The notes under the pieces are model-generated. The model made no database searches and was not told the origin of the DNA. It worked only from the letters and a program-made list of their open reading frames with translations. A stretch of DNA of 64,000 bases from Erythrobacter sp. (lineage in GTDB: Bacteria; Pseudomonadota; Alphaproteobacteria; Sphingomonadales; Sphingomonadaceae), in contig JAZBNR010000065.1 in assembly GCA_036350735.1 (NCBI GenBank), forward strand, positions 2,617-66,616. The letters are read 5' to 3'. Position 1 is the stretch's first letter. Every line of letters starts with the position of its first letter. Below are positions 31,813-41,201 of the stretch, in pieces. The translations under genes were made by a program, and so were the position numbers.

Positions 31813-33246
31813 TCAAGCCGCGTTGTCGATCCCAAGGTCGGAGAGCTTGCGATAGAGTGTTGAGCGCCCGATCCCGAGCCGGCGCGCGACCTCGGTCATG
31901 CGGCCGCGATAATGGCCGATCGCGAGGCGGATGACATCGGCCTCGATCTCCTCGAGCGGGCGCAGATTGCCGTCCTCGGTGTAGAGCATGACGCCGACGC
32001 CCTCATGCGCGACCGGCGGGCTTGGCGAGGTGTGCTCTCCGACCTGCTCGGCGATCTGGGGGAAGCTCTGCGCGGTGAGCGTGTCGCCCTCGCAGTAGAC
32101 TGCGGCACGAAACAGGACCGACTGGAGCTGGCGGACATTGCCGGGCCAGTCATAGGCGGCCAGAAGGCCGAGCGCGCTCTCGCTGACCGAGAGGTGGAGG
32201 AGCCCCGGCTGCTCGCCGATCCTGGCGAGGAAGTGGCGGGTGAGTGCGGGGATGTCGCCGGCGCGATCGCGCAGCGGCGGAAGGGTGATGCGGGTGGGGC
32301 CGAGCCTGTGGGCGAGCTCGGCGTCGAACTGCTTGCCGGCGACGAGCGTCTCGAGCTCGATGTTGCTGGCCGAGAGCAGGCGGACATCGACCCGGAAGCC
32401 GTGCGTCGCCCCGACCGGGCGCACGATGCCGGTCTCGAGCGCCTCGCGCAGGCGCTGCTGCGTGGCAAGCGGCATCCGGTCGATCTCGTCGAGCAGGAGC
32501 GTGCCGCCGTCGCAATGCTGCATCGCGCCGATCTGGCGGTCGAAGGCGCCCGGGAAGGCATTGGGCTCGTGACCGAACAGGACCGATTCGATCGAGTTGG
32601 GGGGAATGCTGGCGATATTGATGACCCGCAAGGGGGCCTTGGCACGCGGGGAGGCGCCGAACATGGCGCGCATCAGCATCTCCTTGCCGGTCCCGCTCTC
32701 TCCTTCGATCAGGACGTGGCCGTGCCCGCGCGCGGCCTTGGCGGCCTGGGCGAGCGCGGTGCGAAAGGGGGGCGCGGTGCCGATCATCGCGTCGAAATCG
32801 AGGCTCGCCGACATCTTCTCGGTGAGCGGCGCGAGCTCGTCGCGCGGGGCTTCGCGGGCGGTGACTGCGCGCAGGGCCTCCATCAGGCGATCGGGCGCGA
32901 TCGGCTTGACCAGATAATCGCTCGCGCCTGCGCGCATCGCCTCCACGGCGAGCAGCGGCGAGGCGCTCGTGGTGAGCATCAGGATCGGGAGAGCGGGGCG
33001 GCGCTCGCGCAGCTCGCGAATCAGGTTGCACGCATCATCGCCCGGCACCCACTGGTCGAGCAGGATCGCCGAGAGCTGCATCCCCTCACGCGTGCCCAGC
33101 ATCGCGATCGCGGTCTCGGCATCGCTGGCGACCACCGTGCGCCAGCCATCTCGCGCGGCGATCGCGGAGATGAGACGGCTTTGCGCCGGCTCGTCGTCGA
33201 TCAGCATGACCAGCTTGGTGCCAGTGTTGATGCCGGTATCCGACAT
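31813..33246 (-). CDS. tacA: TacA-like receiver-AAA+-Fis regulator with degenerate GAFTGA
   Basis: Receiver domain, GESGTGKE, WPGNVRQL, C-terminal EVARRLGIGRSTLYRKL; upstream CtrA-type site. Confidence 0.75.
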   Translation of the reverse strand: MSDTGINTGTKLVMLIDDEPAQSRLISAIAARDGWRTVVASDAETAIAMLGTREGMQLSAILLDQWVPGDDACNLIRELRERRPALPILMLTTSASPLLAVEAMRAGASDYLVKPIAPDRLMEALRAVTAREAPRDELAPLTEKMSASLDFDAMIGTAPPFRTALAQAAKAARGHGHVLIEGESGTGKEMLMRAMFGASPRAKAPLRVINIASIPPNSIESVLFGHEPNAFPGAFDRQIGAMQHCDGGTLLLDEIDRMPLATQQRLREALETGIVRPVGATHGFRVDVRLLSASNIELETLVAGKQFDAELAHRLGPTRITLPPLRDRAGDIPALTRHFLARIGEQPGLLHLSVSESALGLLAAYDWPGNVRQLQSVLFRAAVYCEGDTLTAQSFPQIAEQVGEHTSPSPPVAHEGVGVMLYTEDGNLRPLEEIEADVIRLAIGHYRGRMTEVARRLGIGRSTLYRKLSDLGIDNAA

Positions 33247-33325
33247 TGCGTCTCCCTCGCGCCCGATGAAATGCCCCCGCGGCAACGCCGCAGAGCGAAC
33301 CTTCGGCGTGATCTAGCGCAGCCGG

Positions 33326-33341
33326 GTAAAGACCAGATTAA
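33326..33341 (-). promoter_or_regulatory. CtrA-binding site upstream of tacA
   Basis: Minus strand TTAA-TCTGGTC-TTTAC (TTAA-N7-TTAAC with one mismatch). Confidence 0.65.
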
Positions 33342-33520
33342 GGCTGTTGCCCGCCCGGCCTGCCGGGCAAAGCGAGGAGTGCAGGGCGAGCATCAGCACT
33401 TGAGCAAAGCGAAACCCTTCGATACGGCCAGCGCAAACGCACGGTGCGGGCAGACGCTCCACGCGAGGCAACCTTTGCCGCCTTGCACCGTTGGGGATGA
33501 TTCAAGGGAGTTACTGACGC

Positions 33521-33643
33521 ATGGCAACGCATGACCTCGACAAGTCGAAACGGCTCTACAGCGGGTTCATATCGACGCTGAAATGGGTGGTGCCAACGAT
33601 CGCGGTGATTGTTCTCATCGTGATCGCGCTGATCGCCGGATAG
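33521..33643 (+). CDS. aa3-type cytochrome c oxidase subunit IV-like small membrane protein (not in the ORF track)
   Basis: MATHDLDKSKRLYSGFISTLKWVVPTIAVIVLIVIALIAG; GGGAG SD; YxGF motif plus one TM; directly upstream of pntA. Confidence 0.75.
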   Translation: MATHDLDKSKRLYSGFISTLKWVVPTIAVIVLIVIALIAG

Positions 33644-33658
33644 AATTTGGAGGGGCGT

Positions 33659-34795
33659 TTGAAAATTGCTGTTTTGAAGGAGCGCGCGCCAGGGGAAACG
33701 CGCGTTGCCGCCACGCCGGAAACGGTGAAGAAGTTCGAAAAGCTCGGTGCTTCGCTGTTCGTCGAAAGCGGCGCGGGGCTGACGGCGTCGATCACGGACG
33801 AGGCGTTTCGCGAGGCGGGAGCCGCCGTCGGCACGGCGGCCGAGGCGGTGAAGGATGCTGACATCGTGCTCGGCATCCAGGCGCCCGACCCCGCCCTGCT
33901 CGGCGGTGCCAAGCCCGGCGCGATGGTCGCGGCGCTGTTCGATCCGTTCGGCACCCAGAAAGGCAAGGGGCGCGAGCTCGTCGAGGGTTATGCCAAGGCG
34001 GGGCTCGAAGCGCTCTCGATGGAGTTCATGCCGCGCATCACGAGGGCGCAAGGGATGGACGTGCTCTCCTCGCAGTCGAACCTTGCCGGCTACAAGGCAG
34101 TTCTGGCTGCCGCCGATGCCTATGGCCGCGCCTTCCCGATGATGATGACCGCGGCGGGCACGGTGCAGGCGGCGCGCTGCTTTATCATGGGCGTGGGCGT
34201 TGCCGGGCTGCAGGCGATCGCCACCGCGCGCCGGCTCGGCGCGCAGGTTTCGGCAACCGATGTGCGCTCGGCCACCAAGGAGCAGATCCAGTCGCTGGGC
34301 GCCAAGGCGATCTTCGTCGAGAATGTCGCGGGGATCGAGGGCGAGGGCTCGGGCGGCTATGCGACCGAGATGAGCGAGGAATACAAGGCCGCGCAGGCGC
34401 AGCTCGTTTCCGATCACATCGCCAAGCAGGACATCGTCATCACCACCGCGCTGATCCCGGGCCGCGCCGCGCCGCGCCTGATCACCGATGCGCAGATCGC
34501 TACGATGAAGCCGGGCAGCGTGATCTTCGATCTCGCGGTTGCGCAAGGGGGCAATGTCGAAGGATCGGTGGCGGACGAGAGCGTGGTCAGGCACGGGGTT
34601 ACCATCATCGGCTATTCCAACACTCCCGCCAAGCTCCCCGCCGATGCTTCGGCGCTGTTCGCACGCAACCACTTCACCATGTTCCAGGCGTTTTGGGACA
34701 AGGAGACGGGCAAGCCGGCGTTCGACGAGGAGATCGGGGGCGCAATCCGGCTGACGCAGGGCGGCGAGATCGTCAATGAAAGGCTGCTGGGCTAG
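33659..34795 (+). CDS. pntA: NAD(P) transhydrogenase alpha-1 subunit
   Basis: ETRVAATP, PRITRAQ, GVGVAGLQAI, TTALIPG; TTG start after GGAGGGG. Confidence 0.95.
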   Translation: MKIAVLKERAPGETRVAATPETVKKFEKLGASLFVESGAGLTASITDEAFREAGAAVGTAAEAVKDADIVLGIQAPDPALLGGAKPGAMVAALFDPFGTQKGKGRELVEGYAKAGLEALSMEFMPRITRAQGMDVLSSQSNLAGYKAVLAAADAYGRAFPMMMTAAGTVQAARCFIMGVGVAGLQAIATARRLGAQVSATDVRSATKEQIQSLGAKAIFVENVAGIEGEGSGGYATEMSEEYKAAQAQLVSDHIAKQDIVITTALIPGRAAPRLITDAQIATMKPGSVIFDLAVAQGGNVEGSVADESVVRHGVTIIGYSNTPAKLPADASALFARNHFTMFQAFWDKETGKPAFDEEIGGAIRLTQGGEIVNERLLG

Positions 34796-34799
34796 GCGC

Positions 34800-35165
34800 A
34801 TGGGTCTGCTCAACGCCACTGTATGGGACGCGGAAGATGCCGCCGACGACCTTTCGCACGCACTCGCGCATGGTGAGCGCGTGCGTTTCGCATTCAAGCT
34901 GGTGCGCGATTCGATCCTGTTCACAGACCGGCGGATCATGATGGTCGATGTGCAGGGGATGACAGGCTCCAAGAAGCGCTATCTCTCGATCCCTTATCGC
35001 GCGATCACCACCTTCTCGATCGAGAGCGCGGGGCATTTCGATCTCGACACCGAACTGACGCTGACGGTCTCCGGCAGCGAGCCGATTGCGCTCAATCTCA
35101 GCCGCGGGGCCGATGTGCCGGGGCTGGTGACGCTGCTCACCGAGCATCTGGCAGCCGGGAAATAG
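34800..35165 (+). CDS. Bacterial PH-domain protein (bPH_1/DUF1696-like)
   Basis: FKLVRD, FTDRR, DVQGMTGSK, SIPY, FSIESAGHFDLD. Confidence 0.85.
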   Translation: MGLLNATVWDAEDAADDLSHALAHGERVRFAFKLVRDSILFTDRRIMMVDVQGMTGSKKRYLSIPYRAITTFSIESAGHFDLDTELTLTVSGSEPIALNLSRGADVPGLVTLLTEHLAAGK

Positions 35166-35177
35166 GGGCAACTTTCC

Positions 35178-35459
35178 ATGGACTTCATCTCAATTCTCTC
35201 GATCTTCGTGCTGGCGTGCTTCGTCGGCTATTATGTGGTCTGGTCGGTCACCCCGGCGCTGCACACGCCGCTGATGGCGGTGACCAACGCGATCTCCTCG
35301 GTCATCATCGTCGGCGCGCTGATCGCGGCGGCGGAAGCCGAGAACCCCATCGCCAAATACCTCGCGCTTGCAGGCGTGGTGATGGCGAGCATCAACATCT
35401 TCGGCGGCTTTGCCGTGACCGAGCGCATGCTCGCGATGTATAAGAAGAAGGAGAAGTGA
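35178..35459 (+). CDS. pntA: NAD(P) transhydrogenase alpha-2 subunit
   Basis: VTPALHTPLMAVTNAISS, NIFGGFAVTERML. Confidence 0.95.
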   Translation: MDFISILSIFVLACFVGYYVVWSVTPALHTPLMAVTNAISSVIIVGALIAAAEAENPIAKYLALAGVVMASINIFGGFAVTERMLAMYKKKEK

Positions 35460-35461
35460 GG

Positions 35462-36916
35462 ATGGACTTCTCCCTGCTAGCCGCCGGCGCGTCCGGCGAG
35501 GGCGCGACGCCGGCCTGGGCGATGCTCGCCTATCTCGCGGCCGGCGTGTTCTTCATCCTCGCGCTGCGGGGCCTTTCGAGCCCTGCCTCGAGCCGCGCGG
35601 GCAACCGCAACGGCATGATCGGCATGGGGCTAGCCGTGGGCACCACGCTGGTGATGCATGGCACGAACCTCGTCGAGATCGCGATCGCCATTGCCATCGG
35701 CGCCATCCTCGGCGTCACCATCGCACGGCGCATCGCCATGACCGCGATGCCCGAGCTGGTGGCGGGCTTCCACAGCCTCGTCGGCCTTGCCGCGGTGGTG
35801 GTGGGGCTGGCCGCATGGCTCAACCCGGCCGCCTTCGGGATCACCGATGCGCTCGGCCAGATAAAGCCGGAAAGTCGCATCGAACTCGGCCTCGGCATCG
35901 CCATCGGGGCAATCACCTTCTCGGGCTCGGTCATCGCCTTCCTCAAGCTGTCCGGGCGGATGAGCGGCTCGCCGATCCTGCTTCCCGCGCGCCATGTCAT
36001 CAACTTGGGCACGCTCGCCGCAATCATCGGCCTCATCGGCGCCTACACGCTCTCGGGCGCGGGCGGGCCGGGTGAGGGGCAATTGGTGATCTGGATCACC
36101 GTGCTCGCCTTCCTCATCGGCTTCCTGCTGATCATCCCGATCGGCGGGGCGGACATGCCGGTGGTGGTCTCGATGCTCAATTCCTATTCGGGCTGGGCGG
36201 CCGCCGCGATGGGCTTTACGCTGGGCAACAGCGCGATGATCATCACCGGGGCGCTGGTGGGCTCTTCGGGCGCGATCCTCTCCTACATCATGTGCCGCGC
36301 GATGAATCGCAGCTTCATCAGCGTGATCGCGGGCGGCTTTGGCGCGGAGAGCGGGGGCGGCGGCGATGGTGCGCCACGCGAGCAACGGCCCTACAAGCAG
36401 GGCAGCGCCGAGGATGCTGCCTACATGCTCGAGCAGGCCGAGCGGGTTATCATCATCCCGGGCTACGGCATGGCGGTGGCGCAGGCGCAGCACGCGCTGC
36501 GCGAGATGGCAGACACGCTTAAGGAAAAGGGCGTCGAGGTCAAATACGCGATCCACCCGGTCGCAGGCCGCATGCCCGGGCACATGAACGTGCTCTTGGC
36601 CGAGGCCAACGTGCCCTATGACGAGGTGTTCGAACTCGAGGACATCAACTCCGAATTCGCGCAGGCCGATGTCGCCTTCATCATCGGGGCGAACGACGTG
36701 GTGAACCCCGCGGCCAAGACCGACAAGTCCTCGCCGATCTACGGGATGCCGGTGTTCGATGTCGACAAGGCCAAGCAGGTCTTCTTCATCAAGCGCTCGA
36801 TGGGCGGGGTGGGCTATGCCGGGGTCGATAACGACGTGTTCTACATGAACCAGACCGTGATGCTGCTCGCCGACGCCAAGAAGATGGTCGAGGAAATCGT
36901 GAAAGCGCTCGATTGA
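35462..36916 (+). CDS. pntB: NAD(P) transhydrogenase beta subunit
   Basis: IGGADMPVVVSMLNSYSG, PGYGMAVAQAQH, HPVAGRMPGHMNVLLAE. Alternative GTG start at 35456. Confidence 0.96.
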   Translation: MDFSLLAAGASGEGATPAWAMLAYLAAGVFFILALRGLSSPASSRAGNRNGMIGMGLAVGTTLVMHGTNLVEIAIAIAIGAILGVTIARRIAMTAMPELVAGFHSLVGLAAVVVGLAAWLNPAAFGITDALGQIKPESRIELGLGIAIGAITFSGSVIAFLKLSGRMSGSPILLPARHVINLGTLAAIIGLIGAYTLSGAGGPGEGQLVIWITVLAFLIGFLLIIPIGGADMPVVVSMLNSYSGWAAAAMGFTLGNSAMIITGALVGSSGAILSYIMCRAMNRSFISVIAGGFGAESGGGGDGAPREQRPYKQGSAEDAAYMLEQAERVIIIPGYGMAVAQAQHALREMADTLKEKGVEVKYAIHPVAGRMPGHMNVLLAEANVPYDEVFELEDINSEFAQADVAFIIGANDVVNPAAKTDKSSPIYGMPVFDVDKAKQVFFIKRSMGGVGYAGVDNDVFYMNQTVMLLADAKKMVEEIVKALD

Positions 36917-37257
36917 TGAGAAAGCTGCTGGCCGGCGTGCTGCTGCTCGCCGCGCTGGCGGCGGCGGCGCTGTTGACGGGGCTCGCCGATCCGCTGGTCA
37001 GGTGGCGCGTGGAAAGCGCGCTGCTCGCCTCCGGCGTCTCGGAACGGCGAGCCGAGTGCATGGCCGAGCGGATGGTGGACCGGCTCACCGTGTGGCAGCT
37101 CTACCGGCTGCAATCGGGCATGGCCGCGCGCCCCGGCGAGCCCGAGGAGGGCTATGGCCTAGGCGAGCTGATCAAGCGGCTGCGCCGGGTCGAGGATGGC
37201 GAGGCGGTGGCGGTGGTGACGACCAGCGCGGCCTTGTGCGCCGTGGGCATCGGCTAG
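36916..37257 (+). CDS. Small hypothetical membrane-anchored protein, coupled to pntB
   Basis: TGATG overlap with the pntB stop; N-terminal hydrophobic helix; two Cys. Confidence 0.7.
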   Translation: MRKLLAGVLLLAALAAAALLTGLADPLVRWRVESALLASGVSERRAECMAERMVDRLTVWQLYRLQSGMAARPGEPEEGYGLGELIKRLRRVEDGEAVAVVTTSAALCAVGIG

Positions 37258-37343
37258 GGCGCCTCTTCCTGAGTTCTTAGCGCGCTCTTGCATTCCCCGC
37301 GCGCCCGGCCATGATGGCCCGGATACGAGAGGGGAGGCATCAC

Positions 37344-38897
37344 ATGATCCGCACACTCATTGCCGCAGCGCTGCTCGGCTGTGCTCCCGCAGCATTGGCC
37401 CAAGGAAGCCACGCGGGTCACAATGCGGCGCCAGTTGCTGAAAGCGCAAGCGATCCGGCGGGCGAGCGCGTCGGAACCGAGTTCATGGTGTTCGACACGG
37501 GCGTGGAGGGTGCAGCGCACCAGCACTTCCTGCGTGGCCTCGCGCTGCTCCACAATTTTGAATACGACCGCGCCGCCGCCGCCTTCCGCGAGAGCCAGCA
37601 GGCCGACCCCGACTGGGTTATGTCCTATTGGGGCGAGGCGATGACGCACAATCATCCGTTGTGGGAACAGCAGGAACTCGCCGCCGCACGCGCGATCCTC
37701 GCCCGCCTCGGTCCGAACCCGCAAGCGCGCGCGGCCAAGGCGCGCACCCCGCGCGAGGCGGCATGGCTCGGTGCGGTCGAAACGCTCTACGGCGAGGGCG
37801 GCACCAAGGAAGCGCGCGATCACCTCTATCTCGCCAAGATGCGCGCGCTGCACGCGGCCGATCCTGCCGATATCGACGCGCGCGCCTTCACGGGCCTCGC
37901 AATCCTGGGCACCTCGCATGGCGGGCGCGACATCGCGCTCTACATGGAGGCCGCTGGCGTGCTCGAGCCGGGCTTCATGACCCATGAGCAGCACCCGGGC
38001 ATCCTCCACTACCTGATCCACTCCTACGACGATCCGATCCACGCCCCGCTCGGCGAGCGCATGGCGGCGCGCTACGCCAATGTCGCCCCCGATGCGGGCC
38101 ATGCTCAGCACATGATCAGCCATATCTATCACGCGCTGGGCGACTGGGAGGCATCCGAACGGGCCAATGTCCTGGCCGATGCGGTGGTCGACCGGCAGCG
38201 CGCCAGCAGCGGGCTCGCGCCCAATTCCTGCGGGCATTACAACGAATGGCTGGTCTATGCCCGGCTGCAACTCGGCAAGGATGCGAGCGATATCGTGAGC
38301 GGCTGCCGCAGCCAGGCCGAAGCGCATATCGCGCGCGGAGCCGCCAACCGGCTGGGGTTCGGGGCGGCCTCCAGCTACGCGGCGATTGCGGCGTGGCAGG
38401 GTGTCGATACGGGCGTCTGGCCCGACCGGATCGACGAGGGCACGGGCGAGGGCTTCCTGCTTGCGCGCATGATGCTCGCCCACGCGCGGGCGCTGCAATA
38501 TCGGGACGACCCGCAGACGGTCGAGACTGCGCTGGGCGAATTGCAGGCCGTGGCGGATGCCTTCGCGCTGGTGCTGCCGCAGGTCGCCCCCGACGATCGC
38601 ACCAGCGTCGCCTGGGCGCAGCGCGCGGTTGCGCAGGTCGATGCGATCCGCATGATTGCTGCGGGTGAGCGCGATGCGGGCCTGATCGCCCTGCGCGCCG
38701 CCGCCGAGGCGGAAAGCGCGCTGCCCGTGGTGTTCGGCCCGCCCAACATCGCCAAGCCGAGCTGGGAGGTGCTGGGCGAGGAATTGCTCGCGCTGGGACG
38801 CCAGCAGGAAGCCGCCGAAGCCTTTCGCCGCTCGCTCCAGTTCGCGCCCAACCGCAAATTGTCGAACGCAGGGCTCGCGGCGGCGACCGGCGGCTGA
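37344..38897 (+). CDS. Exported TPR-like protein with His-rich motifs
   Basis: Signal peptide; GLALLHNFEY, HYLIHSYD, HAQHMISHIYH; GGGAGG SD. Confidence 0.8.
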   Translation: MIRTLIAAALLGCAPAALAQGSHAGHNAAPVAESASDPAGERVGTEFMVFDTGVEGAAHQHFLRGLALLHNFEYDRAAAAFRESQQADPDWVMSYWGEAMTHNHPLWEQQELAAARAILARLGPNPQARAAKARTPREAAWLGAVETLYGEGGTKEARDHLYLAKMRALHAADPADIDARAFTGLAILGTSHGGRDIALYMEAAGVLEPGFMTHEQHPGILHYLIHSYDDPIHAPLGERMAARYANVAPDAGHAQHMISHIYHALGDWEASERANVLADAVVDRQRASSGLAPNSCGHYNEWLVYARLQLGKDASDIVSGCRSQAEAHIARGAANRLGFGAASSYAAIAAWQGVDTGVWPDRIDEGTGEGFLLARMMLAHARALQYRDDPQTVETALGELQAVADAFALVLPQVAPDDRTSVAWAQRAVAQVDAIRMIAAGERDAGLIALRAAAEAESALPVVFGPPNIAKPSWEVLGEELLALGRQQEAAEAFRRSLQFAPNRKLSNAGLAAATGG

Positions 38898-38968
38898 GAA
38901 TGCGCGCTTGCCTTGTCCCGCCGGGATGGGGCACATTCGCGCAAGACAGGTCTTGGGAGAGACGAGAA

Positions 38969-40168
38969 ATGATCCGAGTGACACTGGCCGCCGCATTGCT
39001 GGCGAGCGCCGCCCCGCTTGCCGCCGAGACCCACACGATCGCCGCTGGAGAGGGCGCGCAGGAGCGTCTGCAGGAGGCGCTGATCCTCGCTGAGCCGGGC
39101 GACGTCATCATGCTCGAGGCGGGCCGGTACGAGCTGACCGACGGGCTCAGCCTCGATGTCGAGGGCGTCACGATCAGAGGCGCGGGGATGGAGGGCGAGA
39201 GCGCGAGCATCCTCGACTTCACCGATCAGGAAGGCGCGGGCGAGGGGCTGCTCGTCACCTCGGATAACGTCACCTTGCGCGATTTCGCGGTCGAGAATGC
39301 CAAGGGCGACGGGATCAAGTCCAAAGGAGCCGACAACATCATCTACCACGCGCTGCGGATCGAATGGACCGCCGGGCCAAAAGCCACCAACGGGGCATAC
39401 GGTATTTATCCGGTCGAAAGCTCCAACGTGCTGGTGCAGGACAGCTATGTGCGCGGTGCGAGCGATGCGGGCATTTATGTCGGCCAGTCGGAAAACATCA
39501 TTGTGCGCCGCAACCGCGTGGTCGAGAATGTCGCCGGCATCGAGATCGAGAACTCCAACCGCGCCGAAGTCACCGAGAACCTCGCGACGCGCAACACCGG
39601 CGGCATCCTTGTTTTCGATCTGCCCGGCCTGCCGAAAGTGGGCGGGGGCGATGTGCTCGTCGCGCGCAACGCAGTGATCGACAACAACACCGACAATTTC
39701 GCGCCCGAGGGCAATATTGTCGCCAGCGTGCCTGCGGGCACGGGCGTGATGGTGATGGCGAACACCAATGTCCACGTGACCGACAATGCGCTCATCAACA
39801 ACGCGACCAGTCACGTGATGCTGATCGCCTATTCGCAGCCCTATTCGGACGAGCGGTATCAGCCGCGCCCGGTCGACGTGCTGGTCAAGGGCAATGTGTA
39901 CGGTTCGGGCGGAACCGCACCGGACTTTGATGGCGGCGAGATGCTGGTGGCGGCGATCGGCGGTGCGCTGCCGCCGGTGCTCGCGGACGGTCTGCAAGAG
40001 GGGCTGATGGTCGAGGATGCGGTACCGGTGCTCAGCCTCGGGTTGACCCGAGTGGGCCAATCGCGCGCCGAAGCGCAGCCCACGCTGATCGAGCCGACCG
40101 GCATGGGTGAGGCGAAGCGGCTCGCGGCGGTGACGTTGCCCGCAGAGCTGGAGGCGCGGCTCAGGTGA
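38969..40168 (+). CDS. Exported parallel beta-helix repeat protein (TIGR03805-like)
   Basis: Signal peptide; NGAYGIYPV, GASDAGIYVGQS, NVAGIEIENS, NTGGILVFDLP, NFAPEGNIVA. Confidence 0.85.
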   Translation: MIRVTLAAALLASAAPLAAETHTIAAGEGAQERLQEALILAEPGDVIMLEAGRYELTDGLSLDVEGVTIRGAGMEGESASILDFTDQEGAGEGLLVTSDNVTLRDFAVENAKGDGIKSKGADNIIYHALRIEWTAGPKATNGAYGIYPVESSNVLVQDSYVRGASDAGIYVGQSENIIVRRNRVVENVAGIEIENSNRAEVTENLATRNTGGILVFDLPGLPKVGGGDVLVARNAVIDNNTDNFAPEGNIVASVPAGTGVMVMANTNVHVTDNALINNATSHVMLIAYSQPYSDERYQPRPVDVLVKGNVYGSGGTAPDFDGGEMLVAAIGGALPPVLADGLQEGLMVEDAVPVLSLGLTRVGQSRAEAQPTLIEPTGMGEAKRLAAVTLPAELEARLR

Positions 40169-40175
40169 GGTTGAA

Positions 40176-41201
40176 GTGAATCGGGGCATCGGGCTGCTGA
40201 TCGGCGCTGCCGCCGCGCTGGCGGGGGCGATCGGCGCGCGCGCGCTGCCGACCGAGGGCGTGCGCGATGCGATAGTGCTGGGCGAGGCGCTGCCCGAGGG
40301 CGCCAAGGGCGGCTATCCCGATCGCCTCTCCGACTACGGCTTCTTCGAGGATGCCGCCGCTCGCGCACCGCGCAGTGGGGTCGTGCCCTATTGGCTCAAC
40401 ATCGCGCTTTGGTCCGATGGCGCGGACAAGCTGCGCTACATCTACGTGCCGGTCGGGGCCGAGGCGCTGGCACAGGGCGACGGTCTGCTCGATCTCCCGG
40501 TTGGCAGCGCGATCCTCAAGACCTTTGCCTTTGGCGAGGGCGCCGACCAGCGCTTCATCGAAACGCGCGTGCTGCTGCACCGCGCCGAGGGCTGGGTCGC
40601 GCTCCCCTATCTGTGGAACGAGGAAGGCACCGAGGCCCGGCTCGCGGTGGTCGGCGCGCGCATGGAGCTCGACCGGCCCGACGGCACGCGCATCAACTAC
40701 CGCGTGCCCAACAAGAACCAGTGCAAGCAGTGCCACGTCAAGGATGGCGCTGTGACCCCGATCGGTCCCAAACTGCGCAACTTGGCAGCCGGCGACCTAG
40801 CACGACTCGGGATCGAGGAACGCGCCGAGCGCCCGCTGCCGCAATGGGAGGAGCGCTCGCACGCCGATCTCGATGCCACCGCGCGCGGCTATCTCGACGT
40901 CAATTGCGCGCATTGCCACCAGCCCGGCGGGATGGCGTCCAACAGCGGGCTCGACCTGCGCTTCGAGCAGGACGATCCCCACGCCATCGGCATCGCCAAG
41001 CCGCCGGTCGCGGCAGGGCGCGGGGCGGGCGGGCTCGAGGTATCGATCGCGCCGGGCGACCCCGATGCCTCGATCCTCCTCTACCGGATGGCCTCGACCG
41101 AGCCCGGCATTGCCATGCCCGAGCTTGGCCGATCGACCAATGACGCCGAAGGCATCGCAGTGGTGCGGCGCTGGATCGCCTCGATGGAGCCGGCGCGTTG
41201 A
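40176..41201 (+). CDS. Diheme c-type cytochrome (SO2930/TIGR03806-like)
   Basis: RLSDYGFF, KTF, IETR, CKQCH and CAHCH heme motifs, distal AMP Met. Confidence 0.85.
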   Translation: MNRGIGLLIGAAAALAGAIGARALPTEGVRDAIVLGEALPEGAKGGYPDRLSDYGFFEDAAARAPRSGVVPYWLNIALWSDGADKLRYIYVPVGAEALAQGDGLLDLPVGSAILKTFAFGEGADQRFIETRVLLHRAEGWVALPYLWNEEGTEARLAVVGARMELDRPDGTRINYRVPNKNQCKQCHVKDGAVTPIGPKLRNLAAGDLARLGIEERAERPLPQWEERSHADLDATARGYLDVNCAHCHQPGGMASNSGLDLRFEQDDPHAIGIAKPPVAAGRGAGGLEVSIAPGDPDASILLYRMASTEPGIAMPELGRSTNDAEGIAVVRRWIASMEPAR

